A stretch of 32,000 nucleotides of DNA from Candidatus Harpocratesius repetitus (GTDB lineage: Archaea > Asgardarchaeota > Lokiarchaeia > Sigyniarchaeales > Promethearchaeaceae). Below, in pieces: positions 1 to 9,791 of this stretch (position 1 is the stretch's first letter; every line of letters starts with the position of its first letter). The notes under the pieces are model-generated. The model was not told where the DNA came from. It made no database searches and was given only the letters and a program-made list of their open reading frames with translations. The stretch lies in assembly GCA_021498095.1 (NCBI GenBank), contig JAIZWK010000001.1:3360001-3392000 (forward strand), given 5' to 3'. A program made the translations under genes and the position numbers.

Positions 1-32
1 TTTAAGGTACTTTTTATCCAATACATGAAAAA

Positions 33-3000
33 TCACAATTTTTCTTCAAAATTAAAATAAAATCCAATAGATTGGAAATCACCTAGTAAAGGGTTATTCC
101 CTTCGACAATAGCTTCAAATGGAACCAGTACATTTGGTTTAAGTTTTATATTATCTGGTGCATTAGTAATTACTTTTTCTGAAAATCCACAAATAGGATG
201 CTCAATATCGACTAAAGATTTAATCCATTCTTCAAATTTAGCATAATTTATCATCCATTTTTTATCAAATGTGTTAGAATTTGTTGGAATATTTTTACAT
301 ATAGCTAAACCTTTTTGCATTTCTTTATTGTTTATATATTTAATTAAAGTTGGAGCATTAAGATCTGCACTTTTTGCCAAAAACGTAGATAAATTTGTTG
401 AATTAGCCAAAGTGATCTTTTTAAATAAAGATTTATTTGTATCATCAAAGTACTTTTCTTTATTTGGTGATATAAAGATTACATTAAACTTTTCTTTAGA
501 TAATATTGATTTTTGCTCTTCTTCTAATTGTTCCTGATTTTCATTCTTTTTATTAATATCAACAAAAGAAGAAATCATATCTTTAATTATTTTTACAAAA
601 GAGAATTCTTCATTATTTTTATTTACTACTTCTCTTGCAAATTCTAATAAATTTTCTCCATTAATTATCTTACCCCCTTGTACTTCTGCTTTAGATACAA
701 ATTCTTTGGTTTCTTTAATTATTGAAGATTCTTCAAACTCATTCAGATCTCCTAAATATTTTATATAATCATAAAATTTACCTAAAAGAAATTTCTTAGT
801 TTGAATTAGTTCAACCAATACATCTTTTTCTATATTTTCTTTGATTTTTTCTTCTTGAAGTCTATTTAAAATCATTTCTATGATCCAAATTATTGGTTTG
901 CTAATCATAAATGATTTTTTTAACTTAGATGAATGATCACTTAAAAATAGAATTTCAATAATATTTGTTATATAAAATTGCAAAGTATATATTAAATCGA
1001 CTTTCTCAATTTGATTTCCTTGTTTAATAAATCTTGGGATAATTGTTGGATTTGGATTATTATTCCAATTAAATGATGTTTTCGATTTTTTTGGACGAAT
1101 TAAACCCAAATCTTGTTCAATTTCTACCTTTTGGTTAAAATTTATAATTTCCTTATTGAAAATGTATTCAAAATTTTTAAAAACAAAATCTAATTCCTCA
1201 TGATTTGCCAAAGATTTCTTATTATGATCTTTTGAAAAGATGCTAATAATAAAATCGATAATTTTTCTAAATCCATTTTTTTTTATCGGAATTAAGGCTT
1301 TTTGGAAAAGTGATGTCGTATCATATAAAATGTTTATCATAGCTTGATAACTACAATTGCACACTTGCTTATTATCATCATAAGATAAGCGAACAAGGTT
1401 GTAAAAATAATAAAACAAAGCAAATCGTAAATAAATCAATGAATAAGTTTGTAATTTTTTAGGTAAAAGATGAAGCTGATTTTTATAAAATCCAAATGGA
1501 ATTTCGCCGATATTTGACAAAGTTTCAATTATTAATCGACGAATAAGAACATCTTTTGATTGGAAATACTTATAATAATCATCAATAGTCATCTCTCCAA
1601 ACCATGAAAGTGCCTGAATGATAACCAGTAGAGGCAGTTTTTCATTTTCATGGATAAATTCTTTTACATTTGTTAAATATCCTTGATTAGATACAATTGA
1701 CAATCCAAATAGCTTTATAATTTTATGATAGTTTTGTTTATTATTTTGAAACTGACTTAATTCTTCTTCGATATTTTTATTATAAAATAATTTAGAAATT
1801 AAGATAAACAATTTTATTTCTATATCATCAAAGAATTCCATAGAAGAAATAATATCCAAATTTATTTGCTTTAAAATAATATATTTTAAGAAAATATGCA
1901 TATTAAGATCTGAATCTGCACTATTAACAAAAGGAAATATATATTCATAATTTTTTACAGGATCTGTTCCTAAAATATCAATTGCTTGAATTTTAATTGA
2001 GGTATATTTGCTTTTTGAAGCAGATTGAATTGCACTATATGCATTTTCTCCTAAATATAGATATTTTTTAAGGAGATATCTTTGAATTCTTTCATTTTCG
2101 CTTGAAAACAAATCTGCAAGTACAATAAATGCGCGTTTTTGATCAATTTCTAAAAGAGCATCAATTGTTATTTTTTTTAATTCTTCATTTTTTTCATTTA
2201 ATCCTTTTATGATTTCGTCAAAATTTTTATGTTGAATTAATAATTTTAAAGCAGAACTTTTCAAGTAAAAATCTTCTTCTTGAAAGACAATATTCAAGAA
2301 TTCTATATCAGGTAATTTAATTTCGTTGATTAGCTTAAAAGTAATTTTTCTAACGATTATTTCTTTATCGTTGTATGCTTTATAAAGATGATCAATTGTT
2401 TTTTCTTTAAATTTTGCAAGGTTTTTAATGGCATTTAACCTTACTTTTAATCGATGATCTGCAGCAAATAGATATAATGATTCAAAGCAAGCTTCACCAT
2501 ATTTTGGTAATAAATCTAATGCATGTAAAGCAATTTCAAGATTATTTTTTTTTACTTCTTCTATAATAATATTCATTCCAGCAGGTTTAAGATTAGCAAT
2601 TTCATCTAGTGCCTTTAACTTGAATTTAATCTCTAAAGATGATTCAATAAAGTATTCCAAAATTTGAATCGCTTTGTAACCTAAATCTGAAATATTTTGC
2701 AAAATTTCCCATTTGAAATCATTACCAACTTTTTCAACTAGTGAATTTAAAACCGGAATCGCATTTTCTCCAATTTCCTTACTTTTCATAATGATTGCAT
2801 TTCTTTTTTCTTTATTTGAAGTAATGAAAAATGCTTTTTGAAAGAGATTTAAAGCAGGTTCTCCTACTTTAATAATTGTATCAACAGTTATCTCTTTTAT
2901 TTCTTTATTTGGGTCTTTAAGACCTTTTTCTAATATTGAAACAGTTGCATATTGATAATATTTATTAAAGAGTAAAGCTGCATTCAAACGAATTGAATCT

Positions 3001-3173
3001 ATATTATCATCAAGTGCTCTAAAAAGAAATGGAATAGCTTGTTCATTGAAATACCCTAAACCGATTACTGTAAGCATTCGATTTTCAATATCTTTATCAT
3101 TAAAACATTCAGAAAGAACCTTTAATGTTCTCTCTTTCACTAATTTATGAGAAATGTATTGTTTAATCGTCAT
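33..3173 (-). CDS. Large HEAT-repeat (alpha-solenoid) protein with uncharacterised C-terminal region, 1046 aa
   Basis: Recurrent HEAT/PBS-lyase-like motifs in the N-terminal ~420 aa (ALDDNIDSIRLNAALL, GLKDPNKEIKEITVDTI, AYNDKEIIVRKITF, GLNEKNEELKKITIDAL). The C-terminal part is not recognised. Confidence 0.8.
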   Translation of the reverse strand: MTIKQYISHKLVKERTLKVLSECFNDKDIENRMLTVIGLGYFNEQAIPFLFRALDDNIDSIRLNAALLFNKYYQYATVSILEKGLKDPNKEIKEITVDTIIKVGEPALNLFQKAFFITSNKEKRNAIIMKSKEIGENAIPVLNSLVEKVGNDFKWEILQNISDLGYKAIQILEYFIESSLEIKFKLKALDEIANLKPAGMNIIIEEVKKNNLEIALHALDLLPKYGEACFESLYLFAADHRLKVRLNAIKNLAKFKEKTIDHLYKAYNDKEIIVRKITFKLINEIKLPDIEFLNIVFQEEDFYLKSSALKLLIQHKNFDEIIKGLNEKNEELKKITIDALLEIDQKRAFIVLADLFSSENERIQRYLLKKYLYLGENAYSAIQSASKSKYTSIKIQAIDILGTDPVKNYEYIFPFVNSADSDLNMHIFLKYIILKQINLDIISSMEFFDDIEIKLFILISKLFYNKNIEEELSQFQNNKQNYHKIIKLFGLSIVSNQGYLTNVKEFIHENEKLPLLVIIQALSWFGEMTIDDYYKYFQSKDVLIRRLIIETLSNIGEIPFGFYKNQLHLLPKKLQTYSLIYLRFALFYYFYNLVRLSYDDNKQVCNCSYQAMINILYDTTSLFQKALIPIKKNGFRKIIDFIISIFSKDHNKKSLANHEELDFVFKNFEYIFNKEIINFNQKVEIEQDLGLIRPKKSKTSFNWNNNPNPTIIPRFIKQGNQIEKVDLIYTLQFYITNIIEILFLSDHSSKLKKSFMISKPIIWIIEMILNRLQEEKIKENIEKDVLVELIQTKKFLLGKFYDYIKYLGDLNEFEESSIIKETKEFVSKAEVQGGKIINGENLLEFAREVVNKNNEEFSFVKIIKDMISSFVDINKKNENQEQLEEEQKSILSKEKFNVIFISPNKEKYFDDTNKSLFKKITLANSTNLSTFLAKSADLNAPTLIKYINNKEMQKGLAICKNIPTNSNTFDKKWMINYAKFEEWIKSLVDIEHPICGFSEKVITNAPDNIKLKPNVLVPFEAIVEGNNPLLGDFQSIGFYFNFEEKL

Positions 3174-3317
3174 ATAAATACCTTTAATTAGATTTGATTA
3201 AGAATAGATCTTAATTATTTAAAAAACATAGCATTATTAATTCCTTAATATATTTATGGTTATCTTTTTAAAGAATGTGCACCAAATTTAAATTATCAAA
3301 TATTTTGTGGGTCTACA

Positions 3318-3824
3318 ATGACAATGGAGCAAGGCATGCTTAATTCAGCCATAGGATTTGGATTAATGATTTTTCTTACTTTAATTGCTGTTGTGTTAAT
3401 AATTAAAAAATTAAAAAAAGAATATCACCAAGACCTTATGAATGAAAAACTGGAAAAATTAAAAGAAAATCAAGTAAAGATAGACGATGAAGAAACTTCA
3501 GAAGTATTGAGTGAAATTCATAAAAAAATAAAGTACGTTGCAATAATATTTAACCACGTTGAAAAAATTGAAGATGATCTTTTATATAAGATTTTTGGAG
3601 TTTTCCTCATTTCTATTTGTAATGAAAAACATCTTCTTTCTGAAAAAGTAGCATTTAACTCATTAAAACTAACTAAAATACCAATTGAAGATGATGAATT
3701 TCTAGTTACAGGAATAAATCATTGGAAATCATTATTTGATAAAGAATTAGATGTAAGTCAATTATATTTTGAGAATATTTCTTACGAAAACCATAATTAT
3801 GGAATAATATACGAAAAGGTGTAA
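3318..3824 (+). CDS. Hypothetical protein with single N-terminal transmembrane helix
   Basis: 168-aa ORF; hydrophobic AIGFGLMIFLTLIAVVLII followed by a Lys-rich stop-transfer segment; first gene of a tightly packed trio. Confidence 0.7.
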   Translation: MTMEQGMLNSAIGFGLMIFLTLIAVVLIIKKLKKEYHQDLMNEKLEKLKENQVKIDDEETSEVLSEIHKKIKYVAIIFNHVEKIEDDLLYKIFGVFLISICNEKHLLSEKVAFNSLKLTKIPIEDDEFLVTGINHWKSLFDKELDVSQLYFENISYENHNYGIIYEKV

Positions 3825-3827
3825 ATC

Positions 3828-4073
3828 ATGGTAGAAGAATGGTTCGAAAAGAAAAAAGGTAAATTTTTTAAAAATTTTGGAATTGCAATAATAATTAATT
3901 CTCTTATTGGACTTGGATTGACGGTTTTACTTCAAGGAGGTTGGCCTGGTTGGAATCCCTTTACATATATCTTGGTTGGAATTGTATCAGTCCCAATAAT
4001 TGTAATTATAACTTTATTAGTTGTACTAATATTAATAGCGATTTTTGGAATATTATCTGGATTATCTGAATGA
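3828..4073 (+). CDS. Small two-helix membrane protein, hypothetical
   Basis: 81 aa, two hydrophobic segments separated by QGGWPGWNP; starts 3 nt after the previous stop; its TGA overlaps the next ATG (ATGA). Confidence 0.65.
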   Translation: MVEEWFEKKKGKFFKNFGIAIIINSLIGLGLTVLLQGGWPGWNPFTYILVGIVSVPIIVIITLLVVLILIAIFGILSGLSE

Positions 4074-4405
4074 AATTAAGAAAAAGAGGTTTGAAAGAAA
4101 TGGAAAATAAATGTGATATATGTGGAAAGAAAATAGATATTAATCTGACTAATAAAAAAATAAAAATTATTGAAAATAATGAAATGAAGCAAATAATTAA
4201 GAATGGATTTAATCCATTTATTTTTAATCTAATTTCTCTCGAAATGTTTAAAAATCAAATCCAAATTTTACCAAATACAGATACATCAGATGCAAAAAAG
4301 GATGAATATATCATTAATGCTTGGAAGGATTTTTTCTTAAATAATGACAAATCAAATTGGGCAATATGTGAATTTTGCTACCCTATTGTTGCAAGGTATC
4401 AATAA
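4070..4405 (+). CDS. Hypothetical protein with split Zn-binding motif (CxxC...CxxC)
   Basis: CDIC near the N-terminus and CEFC near the C-terminus; ATGA overlap with the upstream gene. Confidence 0.65.
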   Translation: MKLRKRGLKEMENKCDICGKKIDINLTNKKIKIIENNEMKQIIKNGFNPFIFNLISLEMFKNQIQILPNTDTSDAKKDEYIINAWKDFFLNNDKSNWAICEFCYPIVARYQ

Positions 4406-4488
4406 GGGTTCCTGTTTTTTCTATTATTCTTTATATTGTGAATTTTTTAAATATACTATGACAATACATTTTAATGTGATTGATATAG

Positions 4489-4638
4489 CGTGTTTTAATT
4501 GATCCCAAAACACCTGAGGGTTTAGAACAGCGACTTCGGGCATATTTTGTTATCAAAAATAACCCAGAAATCTTGGAGTTGCAATTGTTTGGCACTAATT
4601 TGGCTCAAAAACTCTCTTTAATGAATAGAAATATTTAG
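4489..4638 (+). pseudogene. Start-less coding fragment, possibly a transposase C-terminal remnant
   Basis: 49 open codons between two TAG stops (RVLIDPKTPEGLEQRLRAYFVIKNNPEILELQLFG...), more GC-rich than the flanks. Resemblance to DDE transposase C-termini is by eye only. Confidence 0.25.
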
Positions 4639-4843
4639 AAATTAAATGATTATTTCAATTAAAAAAAAATTTGGGAAAAAAATCAAACCAAACAGATAGT
4701 TAATTGATCCTTCATAATTAAAAATAGCTTGATTTTTCTTAATTCTGATTTTTTATTGTTCAAAAAGAATCCCTCAAGAATTTTATATAATCCTTTTTTT
4801 ATATTTAGTAATTTTACTCGAAAATTCATAATAATGTGTTAAC

Positions 4844-5770
4844 ATGAAAATAGATGACATAATTAATGAAAATGGAATACACAACCAAGATAAAATTAAG
4901 AAAATGGAAAATCTTGAAAATCAAATTGTTAAAGAAGAGTATAATAAAGAAAATCACTCAATATTAAAAAAACAATCAAAAATATTTAAAAAAGTCCGAC
5001 ATTGGGCAATTCGGTTAAGTCTCTTTTTAACTGAAATATGGATATTACTTCCGATCATTTTTGGAATAATTATTCCAATGGTTTACATGATTCCACTAGC
5101 ATATTCATCATGGATACTTTTCTTCAATAATTCAAATGGTCCACTTGGTGAATGGGTAAATAGATGGTTTAATATTGATTATTCTTCATCTACTTACATT
5201 ATTCTTTTAATTGTTGAATTAATGATTTTCATACTAGGTTTATTTCTAATCTGTACAAGCATTTATCGCTTAGCTAAAGATCGCCGTTATAATCATCAAT
5301 TAACAACATCAGGAATATATAATTTCATTCGGCATCCCCAAAATCTTGGTTTGATATTAATAACACTCTCGCTTTCTTTAGATGTGCCTATCGTAGATTA
5401 TTCACAAGATTTAGTATTATTCGGTCAATACATTTATCAAGATATAGGAATTCGTTTTGGAGAAATTCTTTCTTGGACTCTGTTTTCTGTAATTCTTGTT
5501 ATTATTTCACTGTTTGAAGAAAGAAAAATGATGAAGAAGTATCCACAAGAATACTTGGCATATCAATGTACAACAGGATTTTTCTTTCCTCTTTTACTTA
5601 GAAAAAATATAAAAAACGCTCAAAAGCCAAAAAGAATACATTATAAAAATGATAAACAGCTATTCTTCATAATATTTTTAATATTTTGTGGTTATATTGT
5701 CTTTTTATTCGCTATGTACTTTTTATCTCTATATTTGGCTGAACATCATTTATTAATAATGACAGACTAA
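4844..5770 (+). CDS. Isoprenylcysteine carboxyl methyltransferase / PEMT-family membrane methyltransferase, copy 1
   Basis: Family signature LTTSGIYNFIRHPQNLG, then FEERKM...YPQEY..Y....GFFFP; several TM helices. Confidence 0.85.
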   Translation: MKIDDIINENGIHNQDKIKKMENLENQIVKEEYNKENHSILKKQSKIFKKVRHWAIRLSLFLTEIWILLPIIFGIIIPMVYMIPLAYSSWILFFNNSNGPLGEWVNRWFNIDYSSSTYIILLIVELMIFILGLFLICTSIYRLAKDRRYNHQLTTSGIYNFIRHPQNLGLILITLSLSLDVPIVDYSQDLVLFGQYIYQDIGIRFGEILSWTLFSVILVIISLFEERKMMKKYPQEYLAYQCTTGFFFPLLLRKNIKNAQKPKRIHYKNDKQLFFIIFLIFCGYIVFLFAMYFLSLYLAEHHLLIMTD

Positions 5771-5780
5771 GCAATTATTC

Positions 5781-5792
5781 TTTTTTTTTTTT
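5781..5792 (+). terminator. Oligo-T archaeal terminator candidate
   Basis: T12 run 10 nt after the stop of 4844..5770; the paralog has a T11 run at 8860-8870. Confidence 0.45.
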
Positions 5793-5846
5793 GGAAATTG
5801 AAATAAATAAGTTATCATAATAAAATGGAAATAAAGGTGCAAAATA

Positions 5847-5987
5847 ATGAAATTTAAAGATATAACTGAAGAAAATAATATCCCTGATGAAGATAGAAGT
5901 AAAAACAGTTATAATCAAAAAGAAAATGATAATATGAAAAATGATAAAGAAGAAAAAAATAATGTAAAAAAAGATAAAGACACTAAA
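5847..5987 (+). pseudogene. Detached 5' part (47 codons) of ICMT/PEMT copy 2, cut off by the IS insertion
   Basis: MKFKDITEENNIPDED... resembles the copy-1 N-terminus MKIDDIINENGIHNQD. Removing 5988-7968 joins ACT AAA to GTG AAA in frame with 7969..8856. Confidence 0.8.
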
Positions 5988-7964
5988 TAACTTTTTTTCT
6001 AGATCAGATACGAAGCGACGAAATCAATCTTTTTTCCAAAATTCAACCAGGGAATACCTCTGCCTTCGGCGATCGTGCAAGTTTAATGTTGTTCCTCAAG
6101 TCTGTAATTGGGTAAATATATTTTCTAAAATTGAGCTACGTAGAAATTTCCAGAATTTTTTATTCAATTGAAAATGTAACCGAAAGAATCAAAAGGGATT
6201 TAGCATTGTATCAAGCACCACACCTTCAACAATCCTCCCAAAGGAAGGTCTAAATCCCATGAAAATAAATGAATCTGAATATATAGATTTTATGGATTTT
6301 GTTAATCTTTTTGATCTTTCATCAAAACAAAAATCTATCCTTAAGTCGAATCCAGAAATGCTAATCAAGTTAGGACTTACACAAATGACTTCCATCCTTA
6401 CAGAATCCGATTCTGCTTTTGGAAAAAACTTGCTAGATTGTATTTCATCTGTATTTCTTCAACTCCTCATTTCAATCCAAAATTCCGATAACCCATTGGA
6501 TAAACTTACTGAATTAATCGATAAATTCAAATCAAAATCTCCACAAAAACCCATTTCTGCAAGTAGGACGGCAATCCAAAAACACACACCTAGTTTATCA
6601 AAAAATGAGTTAGATGATCACTTGAGTGTTGACTATCAAGAACAAATGCGCATTAGAAAAGAAAATAATGCAAAATCGAGAGAAACTACCCTAGCAATTG
6701 ATTATAGTCATGAATCATCCACCAGCAAATATATAAATAATCAACATAGTTGGATTCGAATTGGGCAAAGAAAAACATAGGAACGAGGGTTTAATTACTC
6801 CGGAATTTATGATACAACCCATCAAATGTTTGTTGGATTCATCCATCATAACAAACATAAGGCTAAACGAGACCGTCGGAAATTACAACCGTGGATTCAA
6901 CATCTTCAAAAGAAAATTGAAATTGTGCAAAGTACGGGTACTAAAGTCACATTAATTGAAGCAGATCGAGGATATTTTGATGCTGAGTTCTTTTCTCTAT
7001 CTTATCTCGGATTATTACGGGGGTTCGATAATCCACAAGATTTTCTTAGAATTATTGTTCCAAAAAAGTTTACTGCGGAAAAAGACGATAAAAAATGGAA
7101 GTTTTTGATTTCTGGAGATAGCAAGCAAGTTTCACGCCAGTCCATACAATTGAATTACTATGTACATGAGAAATTACTTGAAGCTTGCGAAAATGCAGAT
7201 GTACCCAAAAAAGATGGATACTATCACATTCCTGTTTCTCAAGTAGTTTTGGTCGATGAATATGGGCAAAAATCGAAGAGATCTTTTGAAGAGATCTGTC
7301 AGCAAGCCCGATTAGTGGATCAAGAGCTAACGATTATTCGGGAGAAATTGGAGAGCGCAGAACAAGAATATCTCGAATTTAAATCGACTCCGAAAAAGCC
7401 AATTAAAAAAATGAAATATAACAAAGGCAGAAGGCGCTCAAAATTCAAAAATAATTTAGAGAAAATGTTGTATACAAGATGTTTTGAACTGCATGACCGT
7501 CTTAAAAAAGCTAAAGAGCAAAGACAAGATATACTTCATGCGACCGCTTTCTTTTATATCTCGATCGCTCCAAATGAAGATGTTCTTCGTTATTCAGAGA
7601 AGTTCATTAAGTATGCAATGGACTATCACGAACGATGGGCTATAGAAAATGGATTTCGGGATGTAAAACATAAGTTTCTTCAAAAATCTCGTTCTCAAAA
7701 ATCTACTCGCCGACAATTTTATTGGCTGCTTGGGTTAAAGCTTTATAATCGCTGGCAAACGCGGAAATGCTTGGATCTTTTACAGAAAAAACGAAATGAA
7801 GTACATAATGTTGTTCCGTGGGATTCTAGACGTCCTCATGTTCGGCAGAAATTGGAGCAGGAAGTTCATACAAACTGGTCAGCTAAATCTTATTTATTAA
7901 GTTTGTGGAAAACGGGGGTAGAATTATGCATAAAATCGATTTAAAATTGAAGAGAAAAAAGTTA
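5988..7964 (+). mobile_element. IS4-like (DDE_Tnp_1; ISH3/IS701-type) insertion sequence, 1977 bp
   Basis: Terminal inverted repeats TAACTTTTTT... / ...AAAAAAGTTA; 4-bp target duplication TAAA at 5984-5987 and 7965-7968; internal DDE transposase. Subfamily is tentative. Confidence 0.85.
6259..7944 (+). pseudogene. DDE transposase interrupted by one in-frame TAG (6778-6780)
   Basis: ORFs 6259..6780 and 6826..7944 share a frame, with 15 sense codons after the TAG. Catalytic motifs TLAIDYSHE, LIEADRGYFD, YHERWAIENGFRDVK. Confidence 0.85.
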
Positions 7965-7968
7965 TAAA

Positions 7969-8856
7969 GTGAAAGAAGAAAAAAATAGAGAAGAAGAAAA
8001 TAGAGAAGAAGAAGTTAGGAAAGAGAATATTAAAAAAACGCAATTGCTAAATAAAAAACAATCAATATTTCTTTTAAAAATATGGCAATGGGTAAGCAGA
8101 TTAGGTTTATTTCTAGCGGAGTTGTGGATAATACTCCCTATCATTTTTGGAATATTAATTCCTATGATTTATATAATTCCGTTAGCCTATTCATCTTGGA
8201 TATTATTTTTAAATGCCCCATTTGGGGATTGGGTAAATGGATGGTTTTTTATTAATAAATATCCTACTTTATCAAGAATTGTGTTATCAATTGAACTACT
8301 CACTTTTCTCATAGGTTTATTCCTTTTATTTACAGGGATTTATACTTTAGCAAAAGATCGACTTAATAATCGATCTTTAACAACTTCTGGAATATACAGT
8401 TTTATTCGACATCCGCAAAATCTTGGTTTAGTTTTAGTATTATTCTCTTTTTCTTTATATATCCCTTTTGGGAGAGCTAACTTAAGTTTTACTCTATTTG
8501 GACTTTATATTTCGCGAGATCTAGGAATACGAGTAGGTGAAATTCTTTCCTGGGTATTATTTTCTGTAATTCTTGTTATTATTTCACTGTTTGAAGAAAG
8601 AAAAATGATGAAAAGCAATCCACAAGAATACTTAATCTACCAGTCTAAAACGGGTTTTATATTCCCTCGATTTCACATAAAAACCAGGAATGCAGACCAA
8701 AGACGTTCCACACCAAAAGGATTACATTATAAAAATGATAAACAATTAATCTTTATAATACTCTTGATAATTTGCATTTATATAATGTTCTTAATTGGTA
8801 TGTTCTTTTTATCAAAGAATTTAGCAGAAAAAGGATTTTTGGTTTGGACTCGTTAA
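7969..8856 (+). CDS. ICMT/PEMT-family methyltransferase copy 2, 3' part; possible GTG restart after the IS
   Basis: LTTSGIYSFIRHPQNLG motif; collinear paralog of 4844..5770; native start is at 5847, before the IS. Confidence 0.8.
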   Translation: MKEEKNREEENREEEVRKENIKKTQLLNKKQSIFLLKIWQWVSRLGLFLAELWIILPIIFGILIPMIYIIPLAYSSWILFLNAPFGDWVNGWFFINKYPTLSRIVLSIELLTFLIGLFLLFTGIYTLAKDRLNNRSLTTSGIYSFIRHPQNLGLVLVLFSFSLYIPFGRANLSFTLFGLYISRDLGIRVGEILSWVLFSVILVIISLFEERKMMKSNPQEYLIYQSKTGFIFPRFHIKTRNADQRRSTPKGLHYKNDKQLIFIILLIICIYIMFLIGMFFLSKNLAEKGFLVWTR

Positions 8857-8942
8857 ATATTTTTTTTTTTGCTTCTTTTAAAAATGAATATTAAAAAAAA
8901 CTCTCTTTTTTATTCTCAATTTATGGATTTTTCACTTGCTTT

Positions 8943-9791
8943 TTAATCTGATTTAAGCCAATCTTTCAGCATTTTCTTAACTGAACGCTCCATTTCTTTT
9001 GAAAAATCAGAACCAGTCTTTCGCCAATACATTAACTGCCCCACATTAGGCCATTGACCTTTTGGTTGCAATTGCCCAGCCATCATTTTATGAAAAGACT
9101 GATACATATCTCCAAATTCAGTTGCATTAAGATGCTTATACGAATCTTTAAAATGAATGTATTTTTCTGGAAATCTTGGCACCAATTGACGATCTTCAGG
9201 TGCAACTGTCGATTTTGGATAACCAAAACATAACATTGTTATTGGAAAAACCCATTTTGGTAAATTAAACATTTCGCGATGCTTTTCAATATTTTCCATG
9301 ATATCACCAATATAACACGAGCCAATTCCTAATGCCTCAGCAGTGATCACCGCATTTTGTGCTGCAATAAGTGCATCACAAGAAGCTAATAGAAGATCTG
9401 ATTCTTTTGGTGTCCGAAAAATTTCTCTCCGATGTTTACATTCTTCAGGAACCCCACAAATACAATAATAATCATATAACCTCTGTAAATCTGCAAGAAA
9501 AATTAAAACTAAAGGCGCTTTAGCAATAAAGGGTTGATTATCACAAGTAACTGCGAGTTTTTCTTTCATTTCTTTGAAAGTTACTTCCAAAATAGTATAC
9601 ATCATCATATTACCGGCAGTAGGCGCCCTCATCGCTCCATGAATGATAGTCTGGATTTCTTCAGTTTTTAAAGGTTTATCCATATATTGTCGAACAGATC
9701 GGCGATAAAAAATGGATTTTAAAGTAGGGGATAAATTATTTGGAATTTGAATTGACTTTTCACCCATAATAAGAGCGAAAAGTATGCACAT
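8943..9791 (-). CDS. Nitroreductase family (NfsA/Frp-like FMN-dependent oxidoreductase)
   Basis: RRSVRQY, RAPTAGN, DALIAAQNAVITAEALGIGSCYIG, LCFGYP motifs. Confidence 0.9.
   Translation of the reverse strand: MCILFALIMGEKSIQIPNNLSPTLKSIFYRRSVRQYMDKPLKTEEIQTIIHGAMRAPTAGNMMMYTILEVTFKEMKEKLAVTCDNQPFIAKAPLVLIFLADLQRLYDYYCICGVPEECKHRREIFRTPKESDLLLASCDALIAAQNAVITAEALGIGSCYIGDIMENIEKHREMFNLPKWVFPITMLCFGYPKSTVAPEDRQLVPRFPEKYIHFKDSYKHLNATEFGDMYQSFHKMMAGQLQPKGQWPNVGQLMYWRKTGSDFSKEMERSVKKMLKDWLKSD

Noticed and set aside
271-537. Other short overlapping ORFs in the track (e.g. 271..537, 6189..6395, 6761..6955, 7962..8144, 11358..11582, 12319..12501, 25144..25472, 26760..26942, 28081..28696, 30876..31079)
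   Set aside because: Each lies within a longer motif-supported gene and has no recognisable motif.
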